From NCBI RefSeq assembly GCF_943788075.1, contig NZ_CALSOW010000001.1:105128-169127 (forward strand): 64,000 nt of DNA, in the 5' to 3' direction. The stretch comes from an uncultured Candidatus Pelagibacter sp. GTDB lineage: Bacteria > Pseudomonadota > Alphaproteobacteria > Pelagibacterales > Pelagibacteraceae. The position numbers were made by a program, and so were the translations under genes. The stretch's first letter is position 1. Each line of letters opens with the position of its first letter. Below the pieces are notes generated by a model. It was not told the DNA's origin, did no database searches, and saw only the letters and a list, made by a program, of their open reading frames with translations. Of this stretch, positions 1-9,614 are shown one piece after another.

Positions 1-1522
1 ATTTCAAATTTTTGATAAACTTTTTGTATAATCTAAAAGTTATGTCTGCATCTTCGGCTGCATAATCTTTTGCTTTATCAATCTCAACATCACTAAAATT
101 TATCTCTTTTTTTCCTGTTCCAACTATTTCTTTGAAAGAAATTGTTTTATGACCTAAATGAATTTCAGATAGCGTATCCATGTTGTGTCTATTTTTTCCT
201 GCATCCAACACATATGACATTAGCATTGTGTCTTCCATTGATGAAATTGTTATTCCCTGTTTATATAAAACTATAAAATCAAACTTAATATTTTGACCAA
301 TCTTTCTTAACACTTGGATCTTCTAATAAAGGTTTTAGTTTTTTTATGACAATATTTTTATCAATACATTTTGATGATTTATGTCCAATTGGAATATAAC
401 AAGCTTTACCAATTTTAGAACATAGTGAAACACCTACTAAATCTGCTTGATGAGGATCTAGAGAATTTGTTTCAGTATCTACCGCAACCTCTCCTGCTTC
501 TTCAGCTTCTTTTATCCATTCATCAATTTCATTAGATGTTTTAATTAAATGATAATTTTTATTATTAATTGCTTGTTGCTTTACTGATGATTTTTTTCAC
601 TTATTTTACTTGATAATTTTGGTTCACCATATGCAGATATGACTGAACTCAAAAGCCGATTAAATTCCATTTCTCTCAAAAATGTATAGAGCTTATCTTT
701 ATCTATTTCTTTTAACTTAAACTCTCTCAATTCTCTGTCAATTGGAGCATCTTTCATTAAAGTCACAAGCTGTTTACTAATCAAAGCTTTATCTTTATTT
801 TCAATTAATGTTTCTCTTCTTTTATTTTGTTTTATTTCACCTGCTGATTTTAAAAGTTTTTCTAAAGTTCCATATTTATTAATTAGTTCTGCAGCCGTTT
901 TAACTCCTATGCCTGGAACTCCAGGAACGTTATCACTGCTATCACCTGCTAGAGATTGTACATCTATTACTTTTGAAGCATCAACTCCAAACTTTGTGAG
1001 AATATCCTCTTCTGAAATAAATTTATTTTTCATAGGGTCAAAAATACGAACTCCTTTTTTGTACAATTGCATCAGATCTTTATCTGATGAAACAATTGTA
1101 ACTTTAGCACCTTTCTTTAATATTTTTTCAGCATAAGTTGCAATTAAATCATCTGCCTCATAATTAGGTAGGTCGACTGAGGGTAAGTTAAAAGCTAGCA
1201 CTGACTTTCTGATATACTCAAATTGAGGAGCCAAATCATCAGGTGCTTCTGAGCGATTAGCCTTATAGTCACTATAAATTTCATTTCTAAATGTTTTTCT
1301 TGCAGAGTCAAAAATTACGGCAAAATGTGTTGGTTTTTGTAAATTTTGATCTGACTTTGAGTCTTCAAGTAGTTTGAAAAGCATACTACAAAAGCCACTT
1401 ACTGCTCCAGTTGGCAATCCATCACTTTTTCTAGTTAATGGGGGTAGCGCGTAATAAGCTCTAAAAATATATCCTGAGCCGTCAATAAGGTAAAAATGAT
1501 CTGTTTTTTGAATTTTATCCAT
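1..1522 (-). CDS. polA: DNA polymerase I, 5' part (runs off the window); two apparent frameshifts at ~591-597 and ~301-306
   Basis: ORF 581..1522 is the 5'-3' exonuclease domain (LIDGS..IFRAYY, YKANR, EADD, DKDL, GDSSDNVPGVPGIG). Other frames continue with 3'-5' exonuclease motifs AVDTET, IGQNIKFD and YAAEDAD down to base 1. Confidence 0.93.
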
Positions 1523-1601
1523 TAGATATCCTTAAATATTACAGTCGTATTAAAATCTGTATATAAAAAAATTTACTTTTTTTTAGTTCATTAATTTTAT
1601 C

Positions 1602-1630
1602 TAGATTATTTTAGAGTTTGATAGTATTAT
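1602..1630 (+). promoter_or_regulatory. Candidate sigma70 promoter of bioY (leaderless geometry)
   Basis: TAGATT-N17-TATTAT, then 6 nt to the ATG at 1637; no SD. Confidence 0.4.
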
Positions 1631-1636
1631 TTTTTT

Positions 1637-2188
1637 ATGGAGCTAACTAAAAATATATCTCAATCTAAATTAATAAAATCAGTGTTAGCAATAATACTTG
1701 GATCAGTAGCTCTAACTATCTCAGCTAAAATTAAAATACCTTTTTATCCAGTTCCAATGACTATGCAAACATTTGTGGTTTTGTTTTTAGGTATTAGTCT
1801 TGGATACAAAATTGGTCTTGCTAGTATAGGATTATATTTGTTTGAGGGAATTTTAGGCTTGCCTGTTTTTTCAAATTCTCCTGAAAAGGGTGTTGGATTG
1901 GTTTATTTTACAGGTCCAACTATGGGATATTTGATAGGTTTTTTAACTGCAGGATATTTAGCCTCAAAAATTAATGATAGAGATAATTTTTTAATGGTTT
2001 TAGTTAAACTTGTAATAGCAACCTCTACTATTTATATATTAGGATTATTATGGTTAGGAACTCTTATTGGCTGGGACAAACCAATTATAGCCTTAGGTGC
2101 TCAACCATTTCTACTAGCAGAAATTTTTAAAATTGTGCTTTTAGCTTTAATAACGAAACAAATTTTAAAGATAAGAAATTTTATCTAG
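1637..2188 (+). CDS. bioY: Biotin transporter BioY (ECF S component)
   Basis: PVPMTMQT, GILGLPVFS, GPTMGYLIGF motifs; multi-TM. Confidence 0.9.
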   Translation: MELTKNISQSKLIKSVLAIILGSVALTISAKIKIPFYPVPMTMQTFVVLFLGISLGYKIGLASIGLYLFEGILGLPVFSNSPEKGVGLVYFTGPTMGYLIGFLTAGYLASKINDRDNFLMVLVKLVIATSTIYILGLLWLGTLIGWDKPIIALGAQPFLLAEIFKIVLLALITKQILKIRNFI

Positions 2189-2745
2189 GGGATCTTTTAG
2201 AGAGAATTCTTTGAAGAGTTCTTCTGTGCATTTTTAATCTTCTTGCAGTTTCAGAAACATTTCTATTACATAATCTCAAATACTCTGTGTATATGTTCCC
2301 ATTTCACTCTATCTGCAGACATGGGATTTTCTGGAGGAGCAGCTTTTTTTGTAGGATCTGCAAGTAAAGCTTTTTCAACATCTTCTGCATCAGCTGGCTT
2401 AGCAAGATAATCAATGGCACCTTCTTTAATCGCTGCTACTGCAGTTGGAATATTTCCATAACCAGTTAGCATAATTATTCTGCTTTCATTGTTAGTAGAT
2501 TGAATTTCTTTTACAACCTCTAGTCCGTTTCCATCTCCAAGTCTTAGGTCTACAACCGCAAATCCAGGTTTCTTAGCTTTAACCGACTCCACGCCTTTTT
2601 GTACACTTTCTGCTTGAGTAACTTCGAAACCTTTTTTCTCCATTGCTCTAGCTAATCTCTCCCTAAACGGATTATCATCATCAACTATAAGTAGAGATTT
2701 GTTCTCAAAATCGTTGATATTTTTAAGGACTACTTGTTCTTTCAT
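2181..2745 (-). CDS. regA: RegA/PrrA/ActR response regulator; apparent +1 frameshift near 2274-2276; probable start 2745 (ORF track 2772)
   Basis: Receiver domain (IVDDD, VVDLRL, LTGYGNI, YLAKP) and PPENPMSADRVKWEHI. Removing one base restores ELCNRNVSETARRLKMHRRTLQRILSKRSPR with stop at 2181-2183. Confidence 0.92.
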
Positions 2746-2833
2746 TAATCTAATATGGAGATTAACTGACATAATTCAATGCCTATTATTTGCTTTACAT
2801 TATTAATCTATGGGCTTAATAGGAGGAAATTTT

Positions 2834-2864
2834 AAAGTTTTTTAGCAATAAAAAGCTTTTTTTT
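2834..2864 (+). terminator. Terminator-like hairpin in the leader of the polyamine operon
   Basis: AAAGTTTTTTA-GCAA-TAAAAAGCTTT (11 bp including one G-U, GNRA loop) running into T8 at 2857-2864; SD GGAGG lies downstream. Confidence 0.35.
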
Positions 2865-2891
2865 ATTAAATTTTTTTTGGAGGCATTTTAA

Positions 2892-4076
2892 ATGCAAAAA
2901 TTTAAATCAGTTGAACAAATAATAAATCAGCTGAAACCTGAGAAACCGATTTATTGTATAAGAAAGAATTCTATTCTATCTGCAGTAACATATTTTAAAA
3001 AAAAATTTCCTGGTAAAATCTTATATGCAGTTAAAACAAATCCACATCCTGCTGTAATTCAAACAATTATAGACAGTGGTGTAGAGCAATTTGATGTCGC
3101 TTCTATAGAAGAAATTAAAAGTATTAGAAATTTTAGCCAAACAGCAAAATGCTCTTATATGCATACGGTTAAAAGTAGAGAAAGTATTAAAGAAGCTTAT
3201 TTTAATTATGGAGTTAAAACATTCTCATTAGATACTAAGGATGAGTTAATAAAAATAATTGAAAGTACAAATAATGCAAAAGATTTAGAATTATTTGTAA
3301 GAGTTGCAGTTTCTAATGAACATGCTGAAATAGATTTATCAAAAAAATTTGGTGCATTAAACTCAGAGGCCGCTGGATTATTAAGATTAGTTAAACAACA
3401 TGCAAAAAAAATTGGACTGAGTTTTCATGTTGGTTCACAATGTATGCATCCAATTTCATATTCAAAAGGTATTAATGAAATTGGAAATATAATTAAAAAA
3501 ACAAAAATTTTGCCTGATTACATTAATGTTGGTGGGGGATTTCCAACAATTTATCCTGACCTAATACCTCAATCTATGGATAACTATTTTAATGAAATTA
3601 AAAAAGGATTAGAAAACTTAAAACTTGAAAAGTTACCTGAAATTATTTGTGAACCAGGAAGAGCCTTAGTTGCAGAAAGTGGTTCTACAATTGTACGAGT
3701 TAATTTAAGAAAAAAACAAAAACTGTATATTAATGATGGTACCTATGGAACTTTATTTGATGCAGGAACACCAAATATAGTCTTCCCATCTAAAATGATT
3801 AAAGATAATTCAAATAAAATAATATCAAAAAAATTAACTGCTTTTGATTTTTTTGGACCAACTTGTGATAGCATGGATTATATGAAAGGTCCTTTTCTTC
3901 TTCCTAATAATATTAAGGAAAATGATTACATTGAGCTTGGTCAATTGGGTGCTTATGGTTTAACATTTAGAACTCAATTTAATGGTTATTATTCAGATGA
4001 AATCTTTGAAGTTGAAGACAAACCAATCATGACAATGTATGGCAAAGACATTAACAAAGCTAATTTGGTTGCTTAA
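2892..4076 (+). CDS. Alanine-racemase-fold (group IV) PLP decarboxylase, ornithine/lysine/arginine decarboxylase family
   Basis: YAVKTN (PLP Lys), FDVAS, SFHVGSQC, NVGGGF, EPGR, GPTCD, GAYG. Confidence 0.88.
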   Translation: MQKFKSVEQIINQLKPEKPIYCIRKNSILSAVTYFKKKFPGKILYAVKTNPHPAVIQTIIDSGVEQFDVASIEEIKSIRNFSQTAKCSYMHTVKSRESIKEAYFNYGVKTFSLDTKDELIKIIESTNNAKDLELFVRVAVSNEHAEIDLSKKFGALNSEAAGLLRLVKQHAKKIGLSFHVGSQCMHPISYSKGINEIGNIIKKTKILPDYINVGGGFPTIYPDLIPQSMDNYFNEIKKGLENLKLEKLPEIICEPGRALVAESGSTIVRVNLRKKQKLYINDGTYGTLFDAGTPNIVFPSKMIKDNSNKIISKKLTAFDFFGPTCDSMDYMKGPFLLPNNIKENDYIELGQLGAYGLTFRTQFNGYYSDEIFEVEDKPIMTMYGKDINKANLVA

Positions 4077-5119
4077 TGTCAGATCATAAAAACCCAGGTC
4101 ATAATAGTAAAAAAGATTTTTTAAAAAATCCTGTTGAGCACATTGACATCACCTCATTTGATTCTAGAAAAATAATCTCTTCAATGGAAAAGATGTCCTT
4201 TGTATCAAGAGAAACAGCTAATGCAGCTAATATCTATAATGATATGTTAAAAGATAATGATTGTACAATATTCTTAACTTTAGCTGGTTCAACCTCTGCT
4301 GCCGGATGTATGAATATTTATAAGGATCTTGTTAAATATAATATGGTTGATGCAATTGTTGCAACAGGTGCTTCTATTGTTGATATGGATTTTTTTGAAG
4401 CACTTGGGTTTAAGCACTATCAAGGTTCGCAATTCCAAGACGATACTGAATTAAGAAATAATTATATAGATAGAATATATGACACTTATATAGATGAAGA
4501 AGAACTTCAAATGTGTGACAAAATTATATGTGAAATTGCTGATACGCTAGATCCAAGAAGCTACACTTCTAGAGAATTTATTTATGAAATGGGAAAATAT
4601 TTAAAAAAAAATTCAAAAAAGAAAGACTCTTTAATTGAAACAGCTTTTGATAACGATGTACCAATTTTTTGTCCTGCCTTTACAGACTCAAGTGCTGGTT
4701 TTGGTCTGGTGATTCATCAAGAAAAAAATCCAAAACAACACATGACCATAGATTCTGTAAGAGAATTCAGAGAGCTTACTGAAATAAAAATTAAATCTAA
4801 AGGGTCAGGTCTATTTATGATTGGTGGAGGTGTGCCAAAAAATTTTATACAAGATACTGTAATTTGTGCTGAGCTATTAGGTAAAGAAGTTGATATGCAT
4901 AAATATGCTGTACAAATTACTGTGGCTGACTCAAGAGATGGTGCTTGTAGTAGCTCAACTTTAAAAGAAGCAAGTTCTTGGGGTAAAGTAGATATTACAA
5001 AAGAACAAATGGTATTTGCAGAAGCAACAAGCGTATTACCTTTAATTGCGAGTGATGCTTATCATAAAGGTGAGTGGAAAAATAGAGATAGAAAAAACTT
5101 TACAAAAATTTTTAAATAA
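4076..5119 (+). CDS. Deoxyhypusine synthase-like protein (DHS/SpeY family)
   Basis: IDRIYD, PIFCPAFTDSS, IGGGVPKNF, DGACSSSTLKEASSWGK (catalytic Lys intact), EAT..LPL. Confidence 0.9.
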   Translation: MSDHKNPGHNSKKDFLKNPVEHIDITSFDSRKIISSMEKMSFVSRETANAANIYNDMLKDNDCTIFLTLAGSTSAAGCMNIYKDLVKYNMVDAIVATGASIVDMDFFEALGFKHYQGSQFQDDTELRNNYIDRIYDTYIDEEELQMCDKIICEIADTLDPRSYTSREFIYEMGKYLKKNSKKKDSLIETAFDNDVPIFCPAFTDSSAGFGLVIHQEKNPKQHMTIDSVREFRELTEIKIKSKGSGLFMIGGGVPKNFIQDTVICAELLGKEVDMHKYAVQITVADSRDGACSSSTLKEASSWGKVDITKEQMVFAEATSVLPLIASDAYHKGEWKNRDRKNFTKIFK

Positions 5120-5121
5120 AA

Positions 5122-5997
5122 TTGAAATATCTTTCTAATAAAAATGGATTTTTAGGAATTGACAATAAAGTTGATTTCAAAGAAAAAGTTGTTGTAGTTC
5201 CTTTTGGACTTGAAAAAACTGTTAGTTACGGTGGGGGAACTAAAAACGGACCCAAGGAAATTATTAAAGCTTCTCATCAAGTAGAGCTATACGATGAAGA
5301 ATTAAACTGTGAACCATACAAAAAAATAGGTATTAAAACTTTAAGACCTTTCAAGATTAACAAAGACATTAGAAAAGCCCTCTCAAAAATGTCTAAAATT
5401 AATAAGGAAATTTTAGATAAAAAACTTTTTCCTATGACTTTTGGTGGTGAACACTCAATTACACCCGGGTGTATTGCTCCTTTTGTAAAAAAATATAAAG
5501 ATATTTGTCTTCTACATTTTGATGCTCATGCAGATCTACGAGAAAGCTATAATGGAGAAAAATTTTCACATGCTTCGGCAATAAAAAGATGTTTGGACTA
5601 TTCAAATGTTTCATTAATTTCTTTTGGTATAAGAAATATATCTAAAAGTGAGATTCCATTTTTAAAGAAAAACTCATCTAGGATTAATATTTTTTGGGCC
5701 AAAGATAAAAACAAATGGAATCTTAATAAATTTAAGAAATTAATAAAAAACAAAACTGTTTATCTAACATTTGATGTTGATGGTCTAGACTCAAGTATAA
5801 TGCCTGCAACTGGAACTCCCGAACCTGGTGGATTATTATGGGATGAAACTTTAAATATTATTAGAATTGCTGCAAAAAATTCAAAAATTGTTGGTGCAGA
5901 TATTAATGAATTATCGCCCATAAAAGGTTTTAACTCATATAACTTTCTTGTAGCTAAGCTAGCTTACAAAATCTTATCTTATAAATTTTTGTATTAA
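5122..5997 (+). CDS. speB: Agmatinase-family ureohydrolase (TTG start)
   Basis: GGEHSIT, HFDAHADL, FSHAS, TFDVDGLD, ATGTPEPGG. Confidence 0.88.
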   Translation: MKYLSNKNGFLGIDNKVDFKEKVVVVPFGLEKTVSYGGGTKNGPKEIIKASHQVELYDEELNCEPYKKIGIKTLRPFKINKDIRKALSKMSKINKEILDKKLFPMTFGGEHSITPGCIAPFVKKYKDICLLHFDAHADLRESYNGEKFSHASAIKRCLDYSNVSLISFGIRNISKSEIPFLKKNSSRINIFWAKDKNKWNLNKFKKLIKNKTVYLTFDVDGLDSSIMPATGTPEPGGLLWDETLNIIRIAAKNSKIVGADINELSPIKGFNSYNFLVAKLAYKILSYKFLY

Positions 5998-6547
5998 ATT
6001 TAGATTGGCTTGTAACTGTAAGTAAAATTTTAAAAGGTATCAGCATTACTAATGATACAAATAATTTCACTGCTAAATCACCTAATGATAATGTTATCCA
6101 AGGAACTCCCGTTGCATAAAATGATATTGAAAAAAATAAAAAAGTATCGACTGTTGAACCAATAAAAGATGAAGTTAAAGGCGCTATAAACCACTTCTTT
6201 TTTCTTAGACGATCAAAAATTTGAATGTCTAATAGTTGTGCTGTTATAAAAGCAACTCCAGATCCAATTGCTATTCTTATAGAAATTAAATCAGCAAAAT
6301 CAGTTGAGAATAAAAGAGTAAAAATAATCCCTATAAAAAAACCAAAATATACAATTTTTCTAGCTACAAATTTACCATAAAATCTATTGGCTAAATCTGT
6401 AATCAAAAAAGCTACTGGATAGCTAAAAGCTCCATAAGTAAGAATTTCACTTAAACCATAATAATTTATCGGAAATTGTACAAGATAATTAGAGGATAAA
6501 ACAACTACTCCCATCAAAATTGATAGGGTAATAAATAGTTTGTTCAT
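5954..6547 (-). CDS. Queuosine-precursor transporter (YhhQ/VUT family)
   Basis: SNYLVQ, YPVAFLITDL.NRFYG, RIAIGS..AF..AQLLD, DTFLFF; multi-TM. Confidence 0.8.
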   Translation of the reverse strand: MNKLFITLSILMGVVVLSSNYLVQFPINYYGLSEILTYGAFSYPVAFLITDLANRFYGKFVARKIVYFGFFIGIIFTLLFSTDFADLISIRIAIGSGVAFITAQLLDIQIFDRLRKKKWFIAPLTSSFIGSTVDTFLFFSISFYATGVPWITLSLGDLAVKLFVSLVMLIPFKILLTVTSQSKFNTKIYKIRFCKLA

Positions 6548-6858
6548 TAAGCAGATTTAGCTACAGGCTTTTTCTTAAAAGGGGATTTTATTAATATGCC
6601 TTTTTTTAATTTCTTTAATCTTGGTGATAAATTTTTATTTTTAACAGCTTTAAGAAATTCATCAAAGCTACCTTTTTTATCAACAGATCTAACACCGGAG
6701 TTACTCACAGTTAATTTTAAACTTCTCTTCATTAGTTCACTTGTGAATTTTACTTTTTTTAAATTAGGCAAAAACCTTCTCTTAGTCTTGTTGTTAGCAT
6801 GACTAACATTGTGACCCTTCATTGGGATTTTACCAGTTAATTCACATTTTTTTGACAT
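6547..6858 (-). CDS. rpmB: 50S ribosomal protein L28
   Basis: [29 protein letters not shown]. Confidence 0.97.
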   Translation of the reverse strand: MSKKCELTGKIPMKGHNVSHANNKTKRRFLPNLKKVKFTSELMKRSLKLTVSNSGVRSVDKKGSFDEFLKAVKNKNLSPRLKKLKKGILIKSPFKKKPVAKSA

Positions 6859-6870
6859 AATAATAGTGCC

Positions 6871-6900
6871 TATATAAGGGGAGATGGGTAATGCGTCAAG
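6871..6900 (-). promoter_or_regulatory. RpoD promoter of rpmB
   Basis: Minus strand CTTGAC-N17-TTATAT(A), close to the alphaproteobacterial consensus, 12 nt upstream of ATG. Confidence 0.65.
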
Positions 6901-6910
6901 TTTAATACAT

Positions 6911-7963
6911 TTAAGATAGAGTTTTATTTCCTATAATTTCAGTATAATTTTTAACTCCATCTCTGATTAATAATTCTTTTAGGTCTTTTTTAATAATTCC
7001 AGCAATATTTGGACCTTTAAAAACCATTCCTGTATATAGCTGAACAAGATCTGCTCCAGCTAAAAATTTATCATAAGCAGCTTGACCAGAGTCAACTCCG
7101 CCAACACCTATTATTTTAATTTTACCTTTTAATAATTTGTAAAATTTATTTATTAAAACATTAGATTTTTTCTCAATTGGTTTTCCAGATAAACCACCTT
7201 TTTGATGTCTTTGAATATTACTAAGTTTATCTCTCGTAGCCTCTGATGTGTTTGAAACAATTATTGCTTTTATTTCATGTTCTAAAAGAATTCCTGAGAT
7301 CTGATTCACTTGATCTTCACTTATGTCTGGTGAAACTTTAACAGCAATGGGAATGTTTGATTTTAAATTTTTTCTTTCCTCTTCAATAGATTTGAGTAAA
7401 TCTTGTAATTTATCACCTTCGTGGAATGTTCTTAAATTTTCAGTGTTAGGTGAAGAAATATTGATAGTTATATAATCTGCATCATCATAAAAAGTCTTTA
7501 ATCCAATTAGATAATCATTCAATCTATCACTAGAGTCTTTATTGGGACCAACATTAATACCTAGCAAGCCTAATTTTTTGTTACGTTTAGTGCGTTGTTT
7601 AATAATTTCAGCACCCTGATTATTAAAACCTAGTCTATTAATTAATGCTTCATCCTCTACTAATCTAAACACTCTAGGTTTGGGATTCCCATATTGCTTC
7701 AAAGGAGTAATTGTTCCAACTTCTACAAATCCAAATCCTAATTTAAATAATGAGTTATATACCTCGGCATTTTTATCAAAGCCAGCTGCCATTCCTATTG
7801 GGTTATCTAAATCTTTATCAAAAATTTTTGTTTGAAATATAGGGTCATTTTTATTTTCATCAAATACGTTTGGAACTAAATTAAATTTTAATGACTTTAT
7901 TGCTAGAGTGTGTGCTTTTTCTGGATCTACTTTAAATATCAGTGATCTTAGTTTAGAGAACAT
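6911..7963 (-). CDS. pyrD: Dihydroorotate dehydrogenase (quinone, class 2)
   Basis: [37 protein letters not shown]. Confidence 0.96.
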   Translation of the reverse strand: MFSKLRSLIFKVDPEKAHTLAIKSLKFNLVPNVFDENKNDPIFQTKIFDKDLDNPIGMAAGFDKNAEVYNSLFKLGFGFVEVGTITPLKQYGNPKPRVFRLVEDEALINRLGFNNQGAEIIKQRTKRNKKLGLLGINVGPNKDSSDRLNDYLIGLKTFYDDADYITINISSPNTENLRTFHEGDKLQDLLKSIEEERKNLKSNIPIAVKVSPDISEDQVNQISGILLEHEIKAIIVSNTSEATRDKLSNIQRHQKGGLSGKPIEKKSNVLINKFYKLLKGKIKIIGVGGVDSGQAAYDKFLAGADLVQLYTGMVFKGPNIAGIIKKDLKELLIRDGVKNYTEIIGNKTLS

Positions 7964-9525
7964 TATTTTAATTTATTTATTAACAACTCATTGGTTTCTT
8001 TTACACCAAAAAAGCTTATAAAAAATCCCATTCGGGGTCCATTTTCATCCCCAAAAACTACCTCATATATTAATTTAAACCAGTCTCTTAGATTATCTGC
8101 ATAACCATTTTCTTTTCCTGTAGAATAAATCAAAGTTTGAATATCTTCTGGCGACATTTCATCTGTACACTTCTCAAGAGTTTTAACCAATGCCTCAAGA
8201 GCTAATTTTTCTGAGCTATTTGGTGTTTTGTATTTTTTCTGAGCTTTAATTACATCGTTAAAATATTTTATTGCGTAACCAACTAGACCATCAAAAATTG
8301 GAAAATTTGATTCAGAAATATCTGATTTATATTTCTTAACAAACTTCCATAACAAATCCTTACTGTCTGCATTACTGGTTTCTACTAAATTCAGCAACAT
8401 TGAAAATGTCATAATCATTTCCTCTGTTGGAATTTTACCATTATGAACGTGCCAAACTGGGTTCATTAATAACTGAAGTTCATTTTGTTTTTTTGATTTT
8501 TCAATACAATCTAAATACTCATCAACAGCCTTAGGAACTATTTCTTTATATAATTTTTTTGCTCTTTTCGGATTTTGATACATGTATAAAGATAAACTTT
8601 CTGGTGATGCATACTCCAACCATTGATCAATTGTAATTCCATTTCCTTTTGATTTGGAAATTTTTTCACCTTTTTCATCTAAAAACAACTCATAAGCAAA
8701 GCCAGATGGATTTCTCTTTCCTAATAGATTTATTATCTTAGTAGATAAAATTGCACTTTCTATTAGATCTTTTCCATACATCTCAAAGTCAATATCTAAA
8801 GCATACCATCTCATTGCCCAATCTACTTTCCATTGTAATTTACAATTACCATTAAAGACGCTTACCTCTAATTTTTTTCCCTTATTATCAAAAATTATAT
8901 TTGATTTTTCTTTGTTAATTTCGATGACAGGAATTTCTAAAACATGTCCTGTCTCTGGACAAATAGGTAAAAAAGGACTGTAGGTTTGTTGACGCTCCTT
9001 GCCTAATGTAGGAATGATAATATTCATAATCCCTTCATAATTTTCTAAAATAATTTTAAGTGTTGGGTTAAAAAATCCACTTTTATAAAGTGATGTAGAG
9101 CTTTGAAAATTATAATCAAATTTAAAACTATCTAAAAAATTTTTTAACATTTCGTTGTTATGTTCACCAAAGCTAGCAAATTTCTCAAATGGGTCAGGAA
9201 CTTGAGTTAATGGCTTGTGAAGATTATTGGTTAATAATTCTTGATTAGGAACATTATCTGGAACCTTTCGCAAACCATCCATATCATCGGAAAATGTAAT
9301 TATTTCAGTTGGAAAATCTGACAACTGTTTTAAGGCATTTACCATCATGGAAGTTCTTGCAACTTCACCAAATGTTCCTATATGTGGAAGACCACTAGGA
9401 CCATAACCTGTTTGAAGAATAATTTTACCTTTTTTTTCTATGAAAGATTTTCTCTCTCGCAGTAATTTTTTTGCTTCAACAAAAGGCCAAGCACTAGTTT
9501 TGTCTAAATTTTCTTTTTTAATCAT
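7963..9525 (-). CDS. lysS: Lysine--tRNA ligase, class I
   Basis: GYGPSGLPHIGT (HIGH-like), KLQWKVDW, KISKSKGN (KMSKS-like), GPRMG. Confidence 0.95.
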   Translation of the reverse strand: MIKKENLDKTSAWPFVEAKKLLRERKSFIEKKGKIILQTGYGPSGLPHIGTFGEVARTSMMVNALKQLSDFPTEIITFSDDMDGLRKVPDNVPNQELLTNNLHKPLTQVPDPFEKFASFGEHNNEMLKNFLDSFKFDYNFQSSTSLYKSGFFNPTLKIILENYEGIMNIIIPTLGKERQQTYSPFLPICPETGHVLEIPVIEINKEKSNIIFDNKGKKLEVSVFNGNCKLQWKVDWAMRWYALDIDFEMYGKDLIESAILSTKIINLLGKRNPSGFAYELFLDEKGEKISKSKGNGITIDQWLEYASPESLSLYMYQNPKRAKKLYKEIVPKAVDEYLDCIEKSKKQNELQLLMNPVWHVHNGKIPTEEMIMTFSMLLNLVETSNADSKDLLWKFVKKYKSDISESNFPIFDGLVGYAIKYFNDVIKAQKKYKTPNSSEKLALEALVKTLEKCTDEMSPEDIQTLIYSTGKENGYADNLRDWFKLIYEVVFGDENGPRMGFFISFFGVKETNELLINKLK

Positions 9526-9614
9526 GAATTATGCTTCTAAAAATCTTAAATCAGTGGTTTTACTAATTCTTATAGAGTTGAAATTTATTTACCATAAAAT
9601 AATGTTCTTTCAAA

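Noticed and set aside
581-600. Programmed -1 frameshift at A-AAA-AAT in the polA linker, yielding a stand-alone 5'-3' exonuclease
   Set aside because: A second frameshift lies about 290 nt further on, similar indels hit regA and atpH, and I see no stimulatory hairpin. Homopolymer error is simpler.
5954-5997. 44-nt convergent overlap of the yhhQ-like gene with speB as antisense regulation
   Set aside because: Short convergent overlaps recur in this window, and the tail may reflect a lost stop or an indel error; not resolvable from the sequence.
7963-9525. Class I LysRS as a recent archaeal transfer
   Set aside because: Class I LysRS is common in Alphaproteobacteria; context and composition are native.
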